38,555 nucleotides of DNA, taken from a virus. Its lineage: Duplodnaviria > Caudoviricetes. Below, piece by piece: positions 1-8,600 of the stretch (its first letter is position 1; every line of letters begins with the position of its first letter). The notes under the pieces are model-generated. The model had not been told where the DNA came from and made no database searches. It saw only the letters and a program-made list of their open reading frames with translations. The position numbers and the translations under genes were made by a program. The stretch lies in the IMG/VR virus record IMGVR_UViG_3300048598_000527, positions 1 through 38,555 of that record; one strand, written 5' to 3'.

Positions 1-411
1 GTGAAACCTGAAACGAAAGCGCCAGTTACTGAACCGAAGAGTCGCCGGCGGGAAGCAAAACCACCGGTCGATGAAACGAAGCCCCCTCTTTCTGAAACGC
101 TCGGTTTCATTCCCCTCGAAATAGAGTACGAGGGTGAGCGCACCTACTCGGGCTTTCCCCGGCGCCTTCGGGTGCGCGCTGCCGTTCGTCAAGGTGAGGA
201 TCCGGCAGAGGTCCACTCCGCCGCGGCCGCCTGGGTGGAGGAGAAAATAGACAACGGCATCGCCTTCCTCGAGATGAAAAAGAAGAGTCTCACCGAGGAC
301 GTTGAGGAGCTCGATCGACAGAAGCAGAAACTGGCGAGTGAGGTCCATGACCTGGCCCGGGCGATCACCACAATAAAGAAGACCACGGGCGCGGCGAAGG
401 CGCAGGGATAA
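1..411 (+). CDS. Hypothetical phage protein with C-terminal coiled coil
   Basis: 136 aa ORF ending 3 nt before the rep gene; N-terminal E(T/A)K(A/P)P repeats; heptad-like C-terminus. Confidence 0.6.
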   Translation: MKPETKAPVTEPKSRRREAKPPVDETKPPLSETLGFIPLEIEYEGERTYSGFPRRLRVRAAVRQGEDPAEVHSAAAAWVEEKIDNGIAFLEMKKKSLTEDVEELDRQKQKLASEVHDLARAITTIKKTTGAAKAQG

Positions 412-414
412 AGG

Positions 415-1359
415 ATGCTCGGCAAGGAATGCGGCCACGAGGTAGTGGATAAGAGACAAAAGGTCACCACAACCCTCGACAATGAACTAATAGACCGTGA
501 AGACATCAGCATCTATGCAAAAGGGGTTTACATGGTCCTTGCACGCCATGAAGGAAAGGACCACACCTCGTGGCCGAGTACGGAAACAATATCGAAGAAG
601 GCCGGAATTCACCACACGACCGTCGAAAAGGCAATAAAGGAACTGGAGAGCCTCAACATTGTTGCCGTGCAGCGGAGGAGAGGAGCGGCAAACAGATACG
701 TGCTCCTCGATAAGTCGTGCTGGAAAACCACGCTACCAGATAGCGTGGTTAGCGAGGAAAGTACGCTACCAGACAGCGTGGTCAAAGACCAAAGCACGCC
801 ACGTGGTAGCGTGGTTGAAAAACCGAGCACGCTACCAGACAGCGTGGTTCACGGCAAAAGCACGCCACGTGGTAGCGTCGAAGGTTTTAAAAGCATTAAA
901 AACACACAGACACTCGCCGATCCCGGCGAGGCGTTTGCGCGTTTCTGGGCGGCTGCCCCTTCACAGATGCGCAAGGCAAAGCTCGACGCGCAGAAAGCCT
1001 GGGGGCAACTTAAGCCCACACCCGAGCTCGTCGAACGCATCATCGCCGCCCTGGAAGTGCAGAAGAAGTCCGACCTATGGCGCCGAGGCGTCGGTATCCC
1101 CTATGCTGCGTCGTGGCTGCGAGGTCGCCGTTGGGAAGACGAGGAGGAAACAGGGCAACCAGGGAACAACGACCAGGTGAAGGACAAGCGCGCGGCAGCA
1201 CCTGAGCCCTTGGAGATTACCCGCGATGGCAGAGGCAGACGGTGCATCAAAAGACAGCGAGAGGATGAGGAGCCGCCGCTGCTCAAGGACGTCGCCGTCG
1301 TCGCCAGCGGGTCGGCGATGTCGCTCGAGGATAATGAGCGACGGAGAGCGAACCAATGA
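415..1359 (+). CDS. Phage replication initiator (N-terminal HTH_36-like winged helix, internal iterons)
   Basis: AKGVYMVLARH..SWPSTETISKKAGI..TVEKAIKELESLNIV..NRY HTH; C-terminal FARFW..K..AQKAW..PYAASWLRGRRWEDE typical of phage replication proteins; DNA repeats inside the linker. Confidence 0.85.
   Translation: MLGKECGHEVVDKRQKVTTTLDNELIDREDISIYAKGVYMVLARHEGKDHTSWPSTETISKKAGIHHTTVEKAIKELESLNIVAVQRRRGAANRYVLLDKSCWKTTLPDSVVSEESTLPDSVVKDQSTPRGSVVEKPSTLPDSVVHGKSTPRGSVEGFKSIKNTQTLADPGEAFARFWAAAPSQMRKAKLDAQKAWGQLKPTPELVERIIAALEVQKKSDLWRRGVGIPYAASWLRGRRWEDEEETGQPGNNDQVKDKRAAAPEPLEITRDGRGRRCIKRQREDEEPPLLKDVAVVASGSAMSLEDNERRRANQ
726..902. repeat. Five 33-bp-period palindromic iterons plus AT-rich tract (putative lytic origin)
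   Basis: ACGC(T/C)AC-N4-(T/C)AGCGT-like cores at 730, 763, 796, 829, 862; first copy AACCACGCTA-CCAGA-TAGCGTGGTT has perfect 10-bp arms; followed by TTTTAAAAGCATTAAAAA. Confidence 0.85.
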
Positions 1360-1363
1360 TCGC

Positions 1364-1408
1364 GGGTCCTTCCCGGAATATTGTCAAGACACGGTTGCCA
1401 AAGCCGCG
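1364..1408 (+). other. Lambda-like cos site (cosQ plus cosN)
   Basis: GGGTCCT at 1364-1370, then 23 nt ending in ACG, then GTTGCCAAAGC and CGCG; same layout as lambda cosQ..ACG/cohesive end/CGCG, immediately upstream of terS. Confidence 0.75.
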
Positions 1409-1446
1409 ACATTCGACAGCTTTTGGTTATAAAACGGAGTAGAAAA

Positions 1447-2085
1447 ATAGAACCGACCACCGAACAAGAGACCAGGCCATCCGAGGCGGCGAGCTTCAAG
1501 AACGTGCTCGAGGTTCTGGGCTACCTTCAGGGGGCGGGCTGGAAAATTTCGCAGCCGGGCCTTTACAAGCATGTCGCCGAGGGCAAGCTCACCCGCAATC
1601 CCGAGGGCGCCTTCGGGAAGATCGCCGTCGATAAGTATGCCCGCACGTTCCTGAGGAAGAAAGACGGCTCATCTAAGGTCTCCGACCAGCTCAACGACCT
1701 GCAGCGCGAAAAGCTCCTCGCCGAGACGAGAATGGCCACGGCCCGGGCGAGCCATTGGGAAATCAAGACAAAGGAGACTCTCGGCGAGCTCGTACCCCGG
1801 GACGCTTTCGAACGCGAGCTCGCGGCGCGGGCCTCGGTCCTCAAGAGCGATGATGAAAACTGGATTTTCGGCGCGGCCGGGGACATCATCGCCCTGGTCA
1901 AGGGAGATCCCGCACTCGAGCCCGATCTCATCGAGTTCATGCGCACCTCGCGTGAATCCGTTTTCGCTCGCTATGCCGACGAAAAGGCACATTTCACCGC
2001 GCCGGCGGCACCCGAGCGCCAGGCCGCCCGCAGCTCGGACGACTTCGACGCGGGTCCCGATGACGACGAGGGCGATCTTGACTGA
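1447..2085 (+). CDS. terS: Terminase small subunit (Nu1-like); start uncertain
   Basis: N-terminal HTH-like segment, coiled coil, GELVPRD motif, acidic tail, overlaps terL; the ORF-track TTG at 1381 lies inside cos, so a later start is assumed. Confidence 0.75.
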   Translation: MEPTTEQETRPSEAASFKNVLEVLGYLQGAGWKISQPGLYKHVAEGKLTRNPEGAFGKIAVDKYARTFLRKKDGSSKVSDQLNDLQREKLLAETRMATARASHWEIKTKETLGELVPRDAFERELAARASVLKSDDENWIFGAAGDIIALVKGDPALEPDLIEFMRTSRESVFARYADEKAHFTAPAAPERQAARSSDDFDAGPDDDEGDLD

Positions 2086-4189
2086 CAAGCGCGCCTCAGG
2101 CCTCCTCTTCGGCAGTTCTATCCCCCTGGGCCGCCCCCTTATCGACCCCGCGGCGCTGCCGGAATCCCCCTACGATGCCGTTTTGCCCTTGCCCTCGGCT
2201 TCCGGCGCCCCCTACACCTTCCGGTTCACCGCCGGCGAGGCGCGCGTTTTCCGTCCCCGCGAGCGGGATCCCCGGACCGGCCTTCCCGTCACCGTCTCGG
2301 CCTGGGCGGACCACTACCGCCGCATTACCGAGGGCGGCCGCCAGGGCCCCTGGTCGACGGCCTTCGCCGCCTATACCCGTTTTCCCATGGACGCCTGGAA
2401 CCTCCCGTGGGTCCACGAAATTTCACTATGCTGGGCCCCGCAGAGCTCCAAAACCCAGGTCGCCCTCAATTGCGTGGGCTATTCCATCGACCAGGATCCC
2501 GGGCCCGTCCTGTGGACCGCCGCCAACGAGAACAAGGCCGGCGACGCCATGACGAAGAAGCTTCGCAAGATGGTCGACTCTTCCGATCGTCTCCGCGAGA
2601 TCCTCGCCCCTCGAGGAAACACCCGCTTGTCGCTCTCCTTCAATAATGGCGCATCCGTCAACGTCGCCTGGGCAGGGTCCGCCGCGCAGCTCGCGTCCGA
2701 CTCGTACAAATATGGCGTTTCCGACGAAACGGACAAATACGAGCAGTTCACCGGCAAGGAGGCGGACCCCGATTCTCTCATCGATCAGCGCTTCATTTCC
2801 TACCACAACACGTATAAACACCTGCGTTGCTCCACTCCCGCGCGCGAAAGTGGCATTATCTGGCGGGCCCTCACCGAGGAAGCCGACGAGGTATACGACT
2901 ACGAGGCGCGCTGCCCGATCTGCGGCCGCTTCCAGGTCATGCTGTTTGAAAACATCTCCTGGCCGTCCGACGTCCGGGACCCCAGCACCATTTTTCGCCG
3001 CCGCCTCGCCGCTTACACGTGCGGGTCGTGTGGCATGAAGTGGACGGACCGCCTCCGCAACGATGCCGTGGCGGCAGGCCGATGGCGCGCCCGCAACGCC
3101 GTGCCCGACGGCCGGCCCGCCCATGTCGCCTTTCACCTCCCGAGCTGGTACTCCCCTTTCGTCTCGCTTTCCCGCGTGGTCGCGGCGCACCTTCGAGGCC
3201 TCGACGATTCGGCAAAGCATATGGCATTCGTCACCCAGCACCGCGCGGAGGCCTACACCGAGCGCGTCGACAACAAGCAGGAAGACGAGGTCCTCACCAC
3301 TCACCGCGTCGAGAAGCTCGCCGCTTGCACCGCACCCGCCGACACCATCGCAATCTCGTGCGGCTACGACTCCCACAAGGACTATTTCAAATTCACCGCC
3401 TGGGCCTGGAACGCGAATTTCGACGCCACCCTCATCGAATACGGCGTCCTACCCGCCCTCGAGGACGTGGAAGAGCACGTCTTCGAAACCCGCTATGACA
3501 TAGATGGGTCGAACGACGTCATGGCGATCTGGCGCGCCGCGATCGACATCGGCGGCGGCAAGGGCAAACCCGATAGCGACATGACCCAGACGGCCGCCAT
3601 CGAGGAATGGCTCCTCAAGGTCAAAAGGCGCGGCGTCGTGTTCGCGGTCAAGGGAGCCTCTCACAGCCAGTCCAAGCGCATACATTTCAGCCTCATCGGC
3701 GCGGGCCCCAAGGGAAAGAAGAACCGCCGCCTGGAGGCGGGAAAAATTGAGCTCCGCATACTCGACACCGATCGTTTCAAGATCGACGTGCACAACTACA
3801 TCGACCGCGAGAAAGGCAAAAAGCGGCGCATGTTCCTCCACTTCGGTACGGCCGACGACTTCGTCCGGGAGCTCCTCGCCGAGCAGCTCCACCGCGACCG
3901 CAGGGGGAACACCTTCTGGAAGAAGATCCGCACCGCCAACCACTATTTCGATTGCACGGTGTACGCGTTCGCCTGCGCGGACCCGGAATGGCTCCCGTCC
4001 CTTTCCCGGATCGCCGCGCGCAGGAGGATCCGCAATATGGAAAGAATCGCCGCGTCTCCCGGTCCGGTGCCCGATCCCCAGGTCATTCCCGGAGTCGCCC
4101 CTGTCGCCGCCCCGCTCGTTCCCTCCGATCCGAAAGAACGGGCCCGCTTCCGTCCCGGCCGCCGTGTGCTCAACTCTGGCGTGAGATAG
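2078..4189 (+). CDS. terL: Terminase large subunit, lambda gpA family
   Basis: TVSAWAD, variant Walker A PQSSKT, Walker B SDETDKY, CSTP coupling motif, CPIC/CGSC, AIDIGG, AVKG, NHYFDCTVYA nuclease motif; start TTG 2078 (or ATG 2060). Confidence 0.95.
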   Translation: MTDKRASGLLFGSSIPLGRPLIDPAALPESPYDAVLPLPSASGAPYTFRFTAGEARVFRPRERDPRTGLPVTVSAWADHYRRITEGGRQGPWSTAFAAYTRFPMDAWNLPWVHEISLCWAPQSSKTQVALNCVGYSIDQDPGPVLWTAANENKAGDAMTKKLRKMVDSSDRLREILAPRGNTRLSLSFNNGASVNVAWAGSAAQLASDSYKYGVSDETDKYEQFTGKEADPDSLIDQRFISYHNTYKHLRCSTPARESGIIWRALTEEADEVYDYEARCPICGRFQVMLFENISWPSDVRDPSTIFRRRLAAYTCGSCGMKWTDRLRNDAVAAGRWRARNAVPDGRPAHVAFHLPSWYSPFVSLSRVVAAHLRGLDDSAKHMAFVTQHRAEAYTERVDNKQEDEVLTTHRVEKLAACTAPADTIAISCGYDSHKDYFKFTAWAWNANFDATLIEYGVLPALEDVEEHVFETRYDIDGSNDVMAIWRAAIDIGGGKGKPDSDMTQTAAIEEWLLKVKRRGVVFAVKGASHSQSKRIHFSLIGAGPKGKKNRRLEAGKIELRILDTDRFKIDVHNYIDREKGKKRRMFLHFGTADDFVRELLAEQLHRDRRGNTFWKKIRTANHYFDCTVYAFACADPEWLPSLSRIAARRRIRNMERIAASPGPVPDPQVIPGVAPVAAPLVPSDPKERARFRPGRRVLNSGVR

Positions 4190-4190
4190 A

Positions 4191-4454
4191 GTGAATCTCC
4201 CTTCCCTTCCCGATAAAGACCTCTTGAGGCCCGATGAAGTAGCCGATTTCTTTTCGGTTTCCAAGCGAGTCGTCTACAAATGGTGTGAAGAAGGAAAGCT
4301 CGACAGCACCCTTGTGGGAGGGTCCACATTACGTGTGTTTCGCGCGTCTGTTTTAAAGCTCATAAAGCAGGGAAAAGACCTCGCCTCGGAGGTCGCCCCA
4401 AAAGCGGCAATTCTCCGCACCGGGCGCCGGGTTCTCAACAAGGGAGTCCGTTAA
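4191..4454 (+). CDS. Excisionase/BldC-like HTH (HTH_17) DNA-binding protein, possible late regulator
   Basis: LLRPDEVADFFSVSKRVVYKWCEEGKL..VGGSTLRV pattern. Confidence 0.88.
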   Translation: MNLPSLPDKDLLRPDEVADFFSVSKRVVYKWCEEGKLDSTLVGGSTLRVFRASVLKLIKQGKDLASEVAPKAAILRTGRRVLNKGVR

Positions 4455-4495
4455 TAATCCGGTTCTATTTTGTTTCTAATTGGAAACGCAAATAC

Positions 4496-4557
4496 TGTGC
4501 ATATTGTGCATATCGTGCACTTCTGTGCATGACACCCGTTTTCTCACTTTGTATCCT
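4496..4557 (+). promoter_or_regulatory. Four GTGCA direct repeats abutting a sigma70-like promoter for head genes
   Basis: TGTGCATAT-TGTGCATAT-CGTGCACTT-CTGTGCATG; -35 ATGACA 4529-4534, 17-bp spacer, -10 TATCCT 4552-4557. Confidence 0.6.
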
Positions 4558-4662
4558 CTCCCCATGATACGGACCGGCCACCCTCACCACCGTGGTTCCC
4601 ATCCTGGCAGCGTGGTTGTGTCCGGCTATTCTGCCCGCCGGGCGGACAGGTCAAAGGTCAAC

Positions 4663-4686
4663 GGAGGCCTCCTCAGAGAGGCCTCC
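4663..4686 (+). other. Stem-loop in late leader
   Basis: GGAGGCCTC-CTCAGA-GAGGCCTCC perfect 9-bp inverted repeat. Confidence 0.6.
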
Positions 4687-4736
4687 CATTTATCCGCGCC
4701 CGCCCGGGCGACCCTATCCATTCTCCGGAGGCCCTC

Positions 4737-4967
4737 ATGGCTGGTATAACACTCGCCCAGGCCCAGGCCCAGCTCAATGCATACCTCGCCGCCGAAACGG
4801 CGATCCTTTCCGGGGCTCAGTCGTACACGGCGCCCGAGGGCGACGCCTTTACCAAAGCCGACCTCGGCAAGATCCAGCAAGGCATAGAAATTTGGAACAG
4901 GCGCGTCAAACGCCTTTCGCGCGGCGGCATGGCGATCCGCGGAGCGGTGATAAATCATGTCAAATAG
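4737..4967 (+). CDS. Head completion protein, gpW-like
   Basis: 76 aa between terminase and portal; LNAYLAAETAILSG.QSY...FTKADL..I pattern; GGAGG RBS. Confidence 0.85.
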   Translation: MAGITLAQAQAQLNAYLAAETAILSGAQSYTAPEGDAFTKADLGKIQQGIEIWNRRVKRLSRGGMAIRGAVINHVK

Positions 4968-6633
4968 ATCGTCCGGCATGCCCGCGCTGCGCGTCCCGTT
5001 CACCCGAAAGACCGTTACCCTTCCTTCGGGCGGCAAGGTGGACATCCGCTGGACCATCCCCGACCGCATCGTCAACTATTTCAATCCGGCGTCCGGTCAG
5101 GAGCGCCTCTACAGGCGTTCCATAATGGCGATATCGGGGGCGTATTCCGGGGCTTCCCGCTCCCGCCGCTCCATCAAGGGATGGAACCCGCTTCAGGGAT
5201 CCGCCGACTCGGACCTCCTGGACGATCTCGAGACTCTCCGCAACCGCTCGCGCGACCTCGTTCGAAATGCCCCGCTTGCCACCGGCGCCATCAATACCAC
5301 GGTCGGCAACGTGGTGGGCGCCGGTCTCACCCTGCAGTCGCGCATCGATCGCGACGTACTTCCCATGTCGGATGACGAAGCCGACACCTGGGAAGCATCG
5401 GCCGAGCGGGAATGGCGCCTCTGGGCGGAATCCAAAGAGTGTCACGCCGACCGCGTTCTCAACTTTGCCGGTTTTTGCGACCTCGCCTTCCGTCAGGTCC
5501 TCGAAAACGGCGACGTCCTCGTCACCTTTCCCAGGTTCCCCCGGGGCTTCGTCCCCTATTCCCTCAAGCTCCAGGCCGTGGAGGCGGACCGCGTCTCCAA
5601 TACCGATTTCGCCCCCGACACCGACGAGCTCGCCGGCGGCGTTCACCGCGATGAGCACGGGGCCCCGGTTGCCTATGACGTCCTCGATCAGCATCCCGGG
5701 TCCACTTACCGCACAAAATGGACATGGTCCACCCTGCAGGCGTGGGACAAATCCGGCCGCTTCCCTAATTGCGTGCTTCTTTACAAGATGCTGAGACCCG
5801 GGCAGGCCCGTGGCGTGCCCTTCCTTGCTCCGGTCGTCGAGACCATAAAGCAGCTCACCAATTACGGCGAAGCCGAGATCATGGCGGCCGTTGTCTCCGG
5901 ATACGTCACCGCCTTCATAGAATCCCCCGAAGGCGAGGAAGACTTTGCACCGGTCCAGGAATCCGAAGGCGTCGACGGTTCCACCGAGATGGGCCGCGAC
6001 CCGTACAACGGCGAGCTGCGCCTCGGCAATGGCGCCATTATATCTCTCGGATCGGGAGAAAAGCTCTCGTCCTTCAATCCGAGCAGGCCGAACAGCTCGT
6101 TCGAGCCCTTCGTCCTCGCCTGGACGAGGCAAATCGGCGTGGCCCTCGACATTCCCTTCGAGGTTCTCATTAAACACTTCACCTCGAGCTATTCCGCGTC
6201 CCGGGCCGCCCTGCTCGACGCCTGGCGCATGTTCAAGACCCGCCGCAAATGGCTCGTCGATAACCTGTGCGCCGTCGTCTACGAGCTGCTTATCTCGGAA
6301 GCTATCATGCGCGGCCGCCTCCGGGCCCCCGGTTTCTTCACCGACCCTATTGTTCACAAGGCATATCTCGGCTCGGAATGGCACGGCCTCGCCATGCCCC
6401 AGATCGATCCCCAGAAGGATATCGAGGCGGCAAAAGAGCGCGTTGCCCTCACCATCACGACCCGCTCTCAGGAAAAAGCCGAGTTCGACGGTGGCGACTG
6501 GGACCGCACCATTCGTCAAACCGTCAAGGAACGAAAGATGCTCATCGAGGCCGGCATAGACCCCAACGTCAGGGGAACGAGCGCCGACGGCTCGGCCTCG
6601 CGGCCGGACGAGCGGCCCCAGGGAGGTGAATAA
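4957..6633 (+). CDS. Portal protein, lambda family
   Basis: LRNRSRDLVRNAPLATGA, NVVGAG, RPGQARGVP, SSYSASRAALL, IDPQKD motifs. Confidence 0.96.
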   Translation: MSNRSSGMPALRVPFTRKTVTLPSGGKVDIRWTIPDRIVNYFNPASGQERLYRRSIMAISGAYSGASRSRRSIKGWNPLQGSADSDLLDDLETLRNRSRDLVRNAPLATGAINTTVGNVVGAGLTLQSRIDRDVLPMSDDEADTWEASAEREWRLWAESKECHADRVLNFAGFCDLAFRQVLENGDVLVTFPRFPRGFVPYSLKLQAVEADRVSNTDFAPDTDELAGGVHRDEHGAPVAYDVLDQHPGSTYRTKWTWSTLQAWDKSGRFPNCVLLYKMLRPGQARGVPFLAPVVETIKQLTNYGEAEIMAAVVSGYVTAFIESPEGEEDFAPVQESEGVDGSTEMGRDPYNGELRLGNGAIISLGSGEKLSSFNPSRPNSSFEPFVLAWTRQIGVALDIPFEVLIKHFTSSYSASRAALLDAWRMFKTRRKWLVDNLCAVVYELLISEAIMRGRLRAPGFFTDPIVHKAYLGSEWHGLAMPQIDPQKDIEAAKERVALTITTRSQEKAEFDGGDWDRTIRQTVKERKMLIEAGIDPNVRGTSADGSASRPDERPQGGE

Positions 6634-7574
6634 TGCTGAAGGATAGAAGGTCCGGCGAGTGCGTCCCCGCCCATAGCCGGCTGCTCGATATCATGAACGG
6701 GTGCTGGGCCATCCTCCCCTCGTACCTCGAGGAGATCCAGGAGATCTACAAGACCCATCTCAGGGGGGACAAAATAGACCTCTCCTCGGTCGAGGCCGCC
6801 ATCGGCAAGCCCCTGTCCAACAACCCCAAGCCATACGAAGTCGCCGACGGCGTCGCCACCATCTACGTGGAAGGCATAATCGCCCGTAAGGCATCCCTGC
6901 TCACGTCCATCTCGGGGGGTCTGTCCACCGACAAGATCGCCCGCGACTTAGCCGCGGCGGCATCCGACACGGACGTCAAATGTGTCCTGCTCTACATCGA
7001 CTCGCCTGGAGGCGAGGCCCTGGGAATACAGAACCTCGCGGCCCAGGTCCGCAAGATGTCCGCCAAGAAGCCCGTCGTCGCCTTTACCGACGGCCAGGCC
7101 GCGTCCGCCGCTTACTGGATCGCCTCCTCGGCGCAGCGTTTTTATGCCTCGGGTAACGATAACGACATCGGCTCCGTCGGCGTCTATATGCGCCACGTCG
7201 ACGTGAGCAAGGCCGAGGAAATGGCCGGCCGCAAAACCACGGAGATCTACGCGGGCAAGTACAAGACGGCGGGGTCCCAGTTCGGCCCCTTATCGGACGA
7301 GGCCCGGCAGATGATGCAGGACAACGTCGACTACTTTTACTCCCTCTTCACCGAGGACGTGGCCGCCTACAGGGGCCTTTCCCTCGAGAAGATGGACAAA
7401 TGGGCGGACGGACGGGTCTTCAAGACCCAGGCCGCAATAAAGGCGGGCCTCGTGGACGGTGTTTCCACGAAAGAGCGCGTTATGGCAAGGCTCGCTAAGG
7501 ACGGCGGGAGCTTCATCCTCAGGGAGAGGATAGAGGCGGAGATCGCCGCAAAACTACAAGGAGGTAAAGCGTAA
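6633..7574 (+). CDS. Prohead maturation protease, S49 family (gpC/SppA-like)
   Basis: IDSPGG, AASAAYWIASSA, GSVGV, AGKYKTAG, AIKAGLVD. Confidence 0.94.
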   Translation: MLKDRRSGECVPAHSRLLDIMNGCWAILPSYLEEIQEIYKTHLRGDKIDLSSVEAAIGKPLSNNPKPYEVADGVATIYVEGIIARKASLLTSISGGLSTDKIARDLAAAASDTDVKCVLLYIDSPGGEALGIQNLAAQVRKMSAKKPVVAFTDGQAASAAYWIASSAQRFYASGNDNDIGSVGVYMRHVDVSKAEEMAGRKTTEIYAGKYKTAGSQFGPLSDEARQMMQDNVDYFYSLFTEDVAAYRGLSLEKMDKWADGRVFKTQAAIKAGLVDGVSTKERVMARLAKDGGSFILRERIEAEIAAKLQGGKA

Positions 7575-7575
7575 T

Positions 7576-8139
7576 ATGGATCAGCTCACCAAAGAAACGT
7601 TGAAGGAGCTTTATCCCGAGATCCACGCGGCCGTGTTCGACGAAGGCCGCGTAGCAGGTCACGCCGCCGGGCTCGCGGCAGGGAAAACGGAAGGCCTTTC
7701 CACCGGTGCGGAAACCGAGCGCACCCGCATCAAGGGCGTCTTCGGCATGTTCTGCCGCAAGGACGGCCAGCTCGTCGCCGGTCTCGAGGTCCTCGGCGCG
7801 GAGCTCATGTTCGACGGCACCACCACGGCGGAGCAAGCGGCCGTGCGGATCGTGGCCAAAGAGCGGGAAACGGGCGCCTCGCTGCTCTCGTCCTTCGAGA
7901 CGGCAGGGGCCGAAGCAAGCAGGCTCGGAAACCCGGCCGCCGCCGCGGCCGGAGACGGCAAGGAAACGGCCCTCAAGGAAGGCGAGGACCCGGGAGCCAA
8001 AGTCCATCAGCTCACCCAGGCCAGGCAGCGGCAGGACAAGATCACATACGGTGAGGCCATGACCCTCGTTTTGGCCGAAAACCCGAAGCTCGCCGCGGCC
8101 TACATGAGAAACAACAAACTCGACGAAGGAGGTAGATAG
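7576..8139 (+). CDS. Capsid scaffolding protein (Nu3-like)
   Basis: Between protease and decoration genes; Ala-rich helical; AETERTRIKG; C-terminal ITYGEAM..V..ENPKLA. Confidence 0.7.
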   Translation: MDQLTKETLKELYPEIHAAVFDEGRVAGHAAGLAAGKTEGLSTGAETERTRIKGVFGMFCRKDGQLVAGLEVLGAELMFDGTTTAEQAAVRIVAKERETGASLLSSFETAGAEASRLGNPAAAAAGDGKETALKEGEDPGAKVHQLTQARQRQDKITYGEAMTLVLAENPKLAAAYMRNNKLDEGGR

Positions 8140-8141
8140 CC

Positions 8142-8558
8142 ATGGGCGGAGCATCCACCGGAGCACCCGTTGTAAGCATTTCCGCGTCTACCGCGCGTGA
8201 CCTTTCGAGCTACAGGTACTATGCCGGTAAGCTCGACACAAACGGCAAGATCGACTATTTCGACTCGTCGGCCGCAGCGAACGGCGCCTGCGGCATCATC
8301 GACTCCAAGCCCGCCGCAGAGGCCGGCGCGCCGGGAGACCTCGCGGTACTGGGCCGCACCCGCATGATCGTCGACGGCACCACGCCGATCGCGATCGGCG
8401 ATCACCTCGGATCGAACAGCGCCTATAAGGGCGTGAAGGTTTCGGGAGACGACGCGTTCTATTTCGCTACCGCCCTCGAGGCATCGAGCGCGGACGGCGA
8501 CCTGATCGACGTTCTTCTCGTCGGTCCGGGCTACATCTCCGGCGCCGGTGACGACTAA
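8142..8558 (+). CDS. Capsid decoration/cement protein
   Basis: 138 aa just before MCP; IAIGDHL and ALEASSADGDLIDVLL motifs. Confidence 0.8.
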   Translation: MGGASTGAPVVSISASTARDLSSYRYYAGKLDTNGKIDYFDSSAAANGACGIIDSKPAAEAGAPGDLAVLGRTRMIVDGTTPIAIGDHLGSNSAYKGVKVSGDDAFYFATALEASSADGDLIDVLLVGPGYISGAGDD

Positions 8559-8600
8559 CAGTCGCCCGGGCCCATCTCAATAGAAAGGAGGGCATAAAAC

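Noticed and set aside
726-880. 33-bp periodic palindromic repeats as a mini CRISPR array
   Set aside because: Spacers are only about 10 nt, repeats are in frame within rep, and no cas genes are present; iterons fit better
1850-2077. N-terminal extension of terL in the ORF track
   Set aside because: Overlaps terS in another frame with low-complexity translation; a start near 2060-2078 is more plausible
4191-4454. True excisionase
   Set aside because: Located in the packaging operon with no integrase nearby; a regulator role is more plausible
4960-6519. Long antisense ORFs (also 2426-3376, 9539-11086, 21550-23205 and others)
   Set aside because: Shadow frames of high-GC coding genes; no motifs or RBS, and they fully overlap well-supported genes
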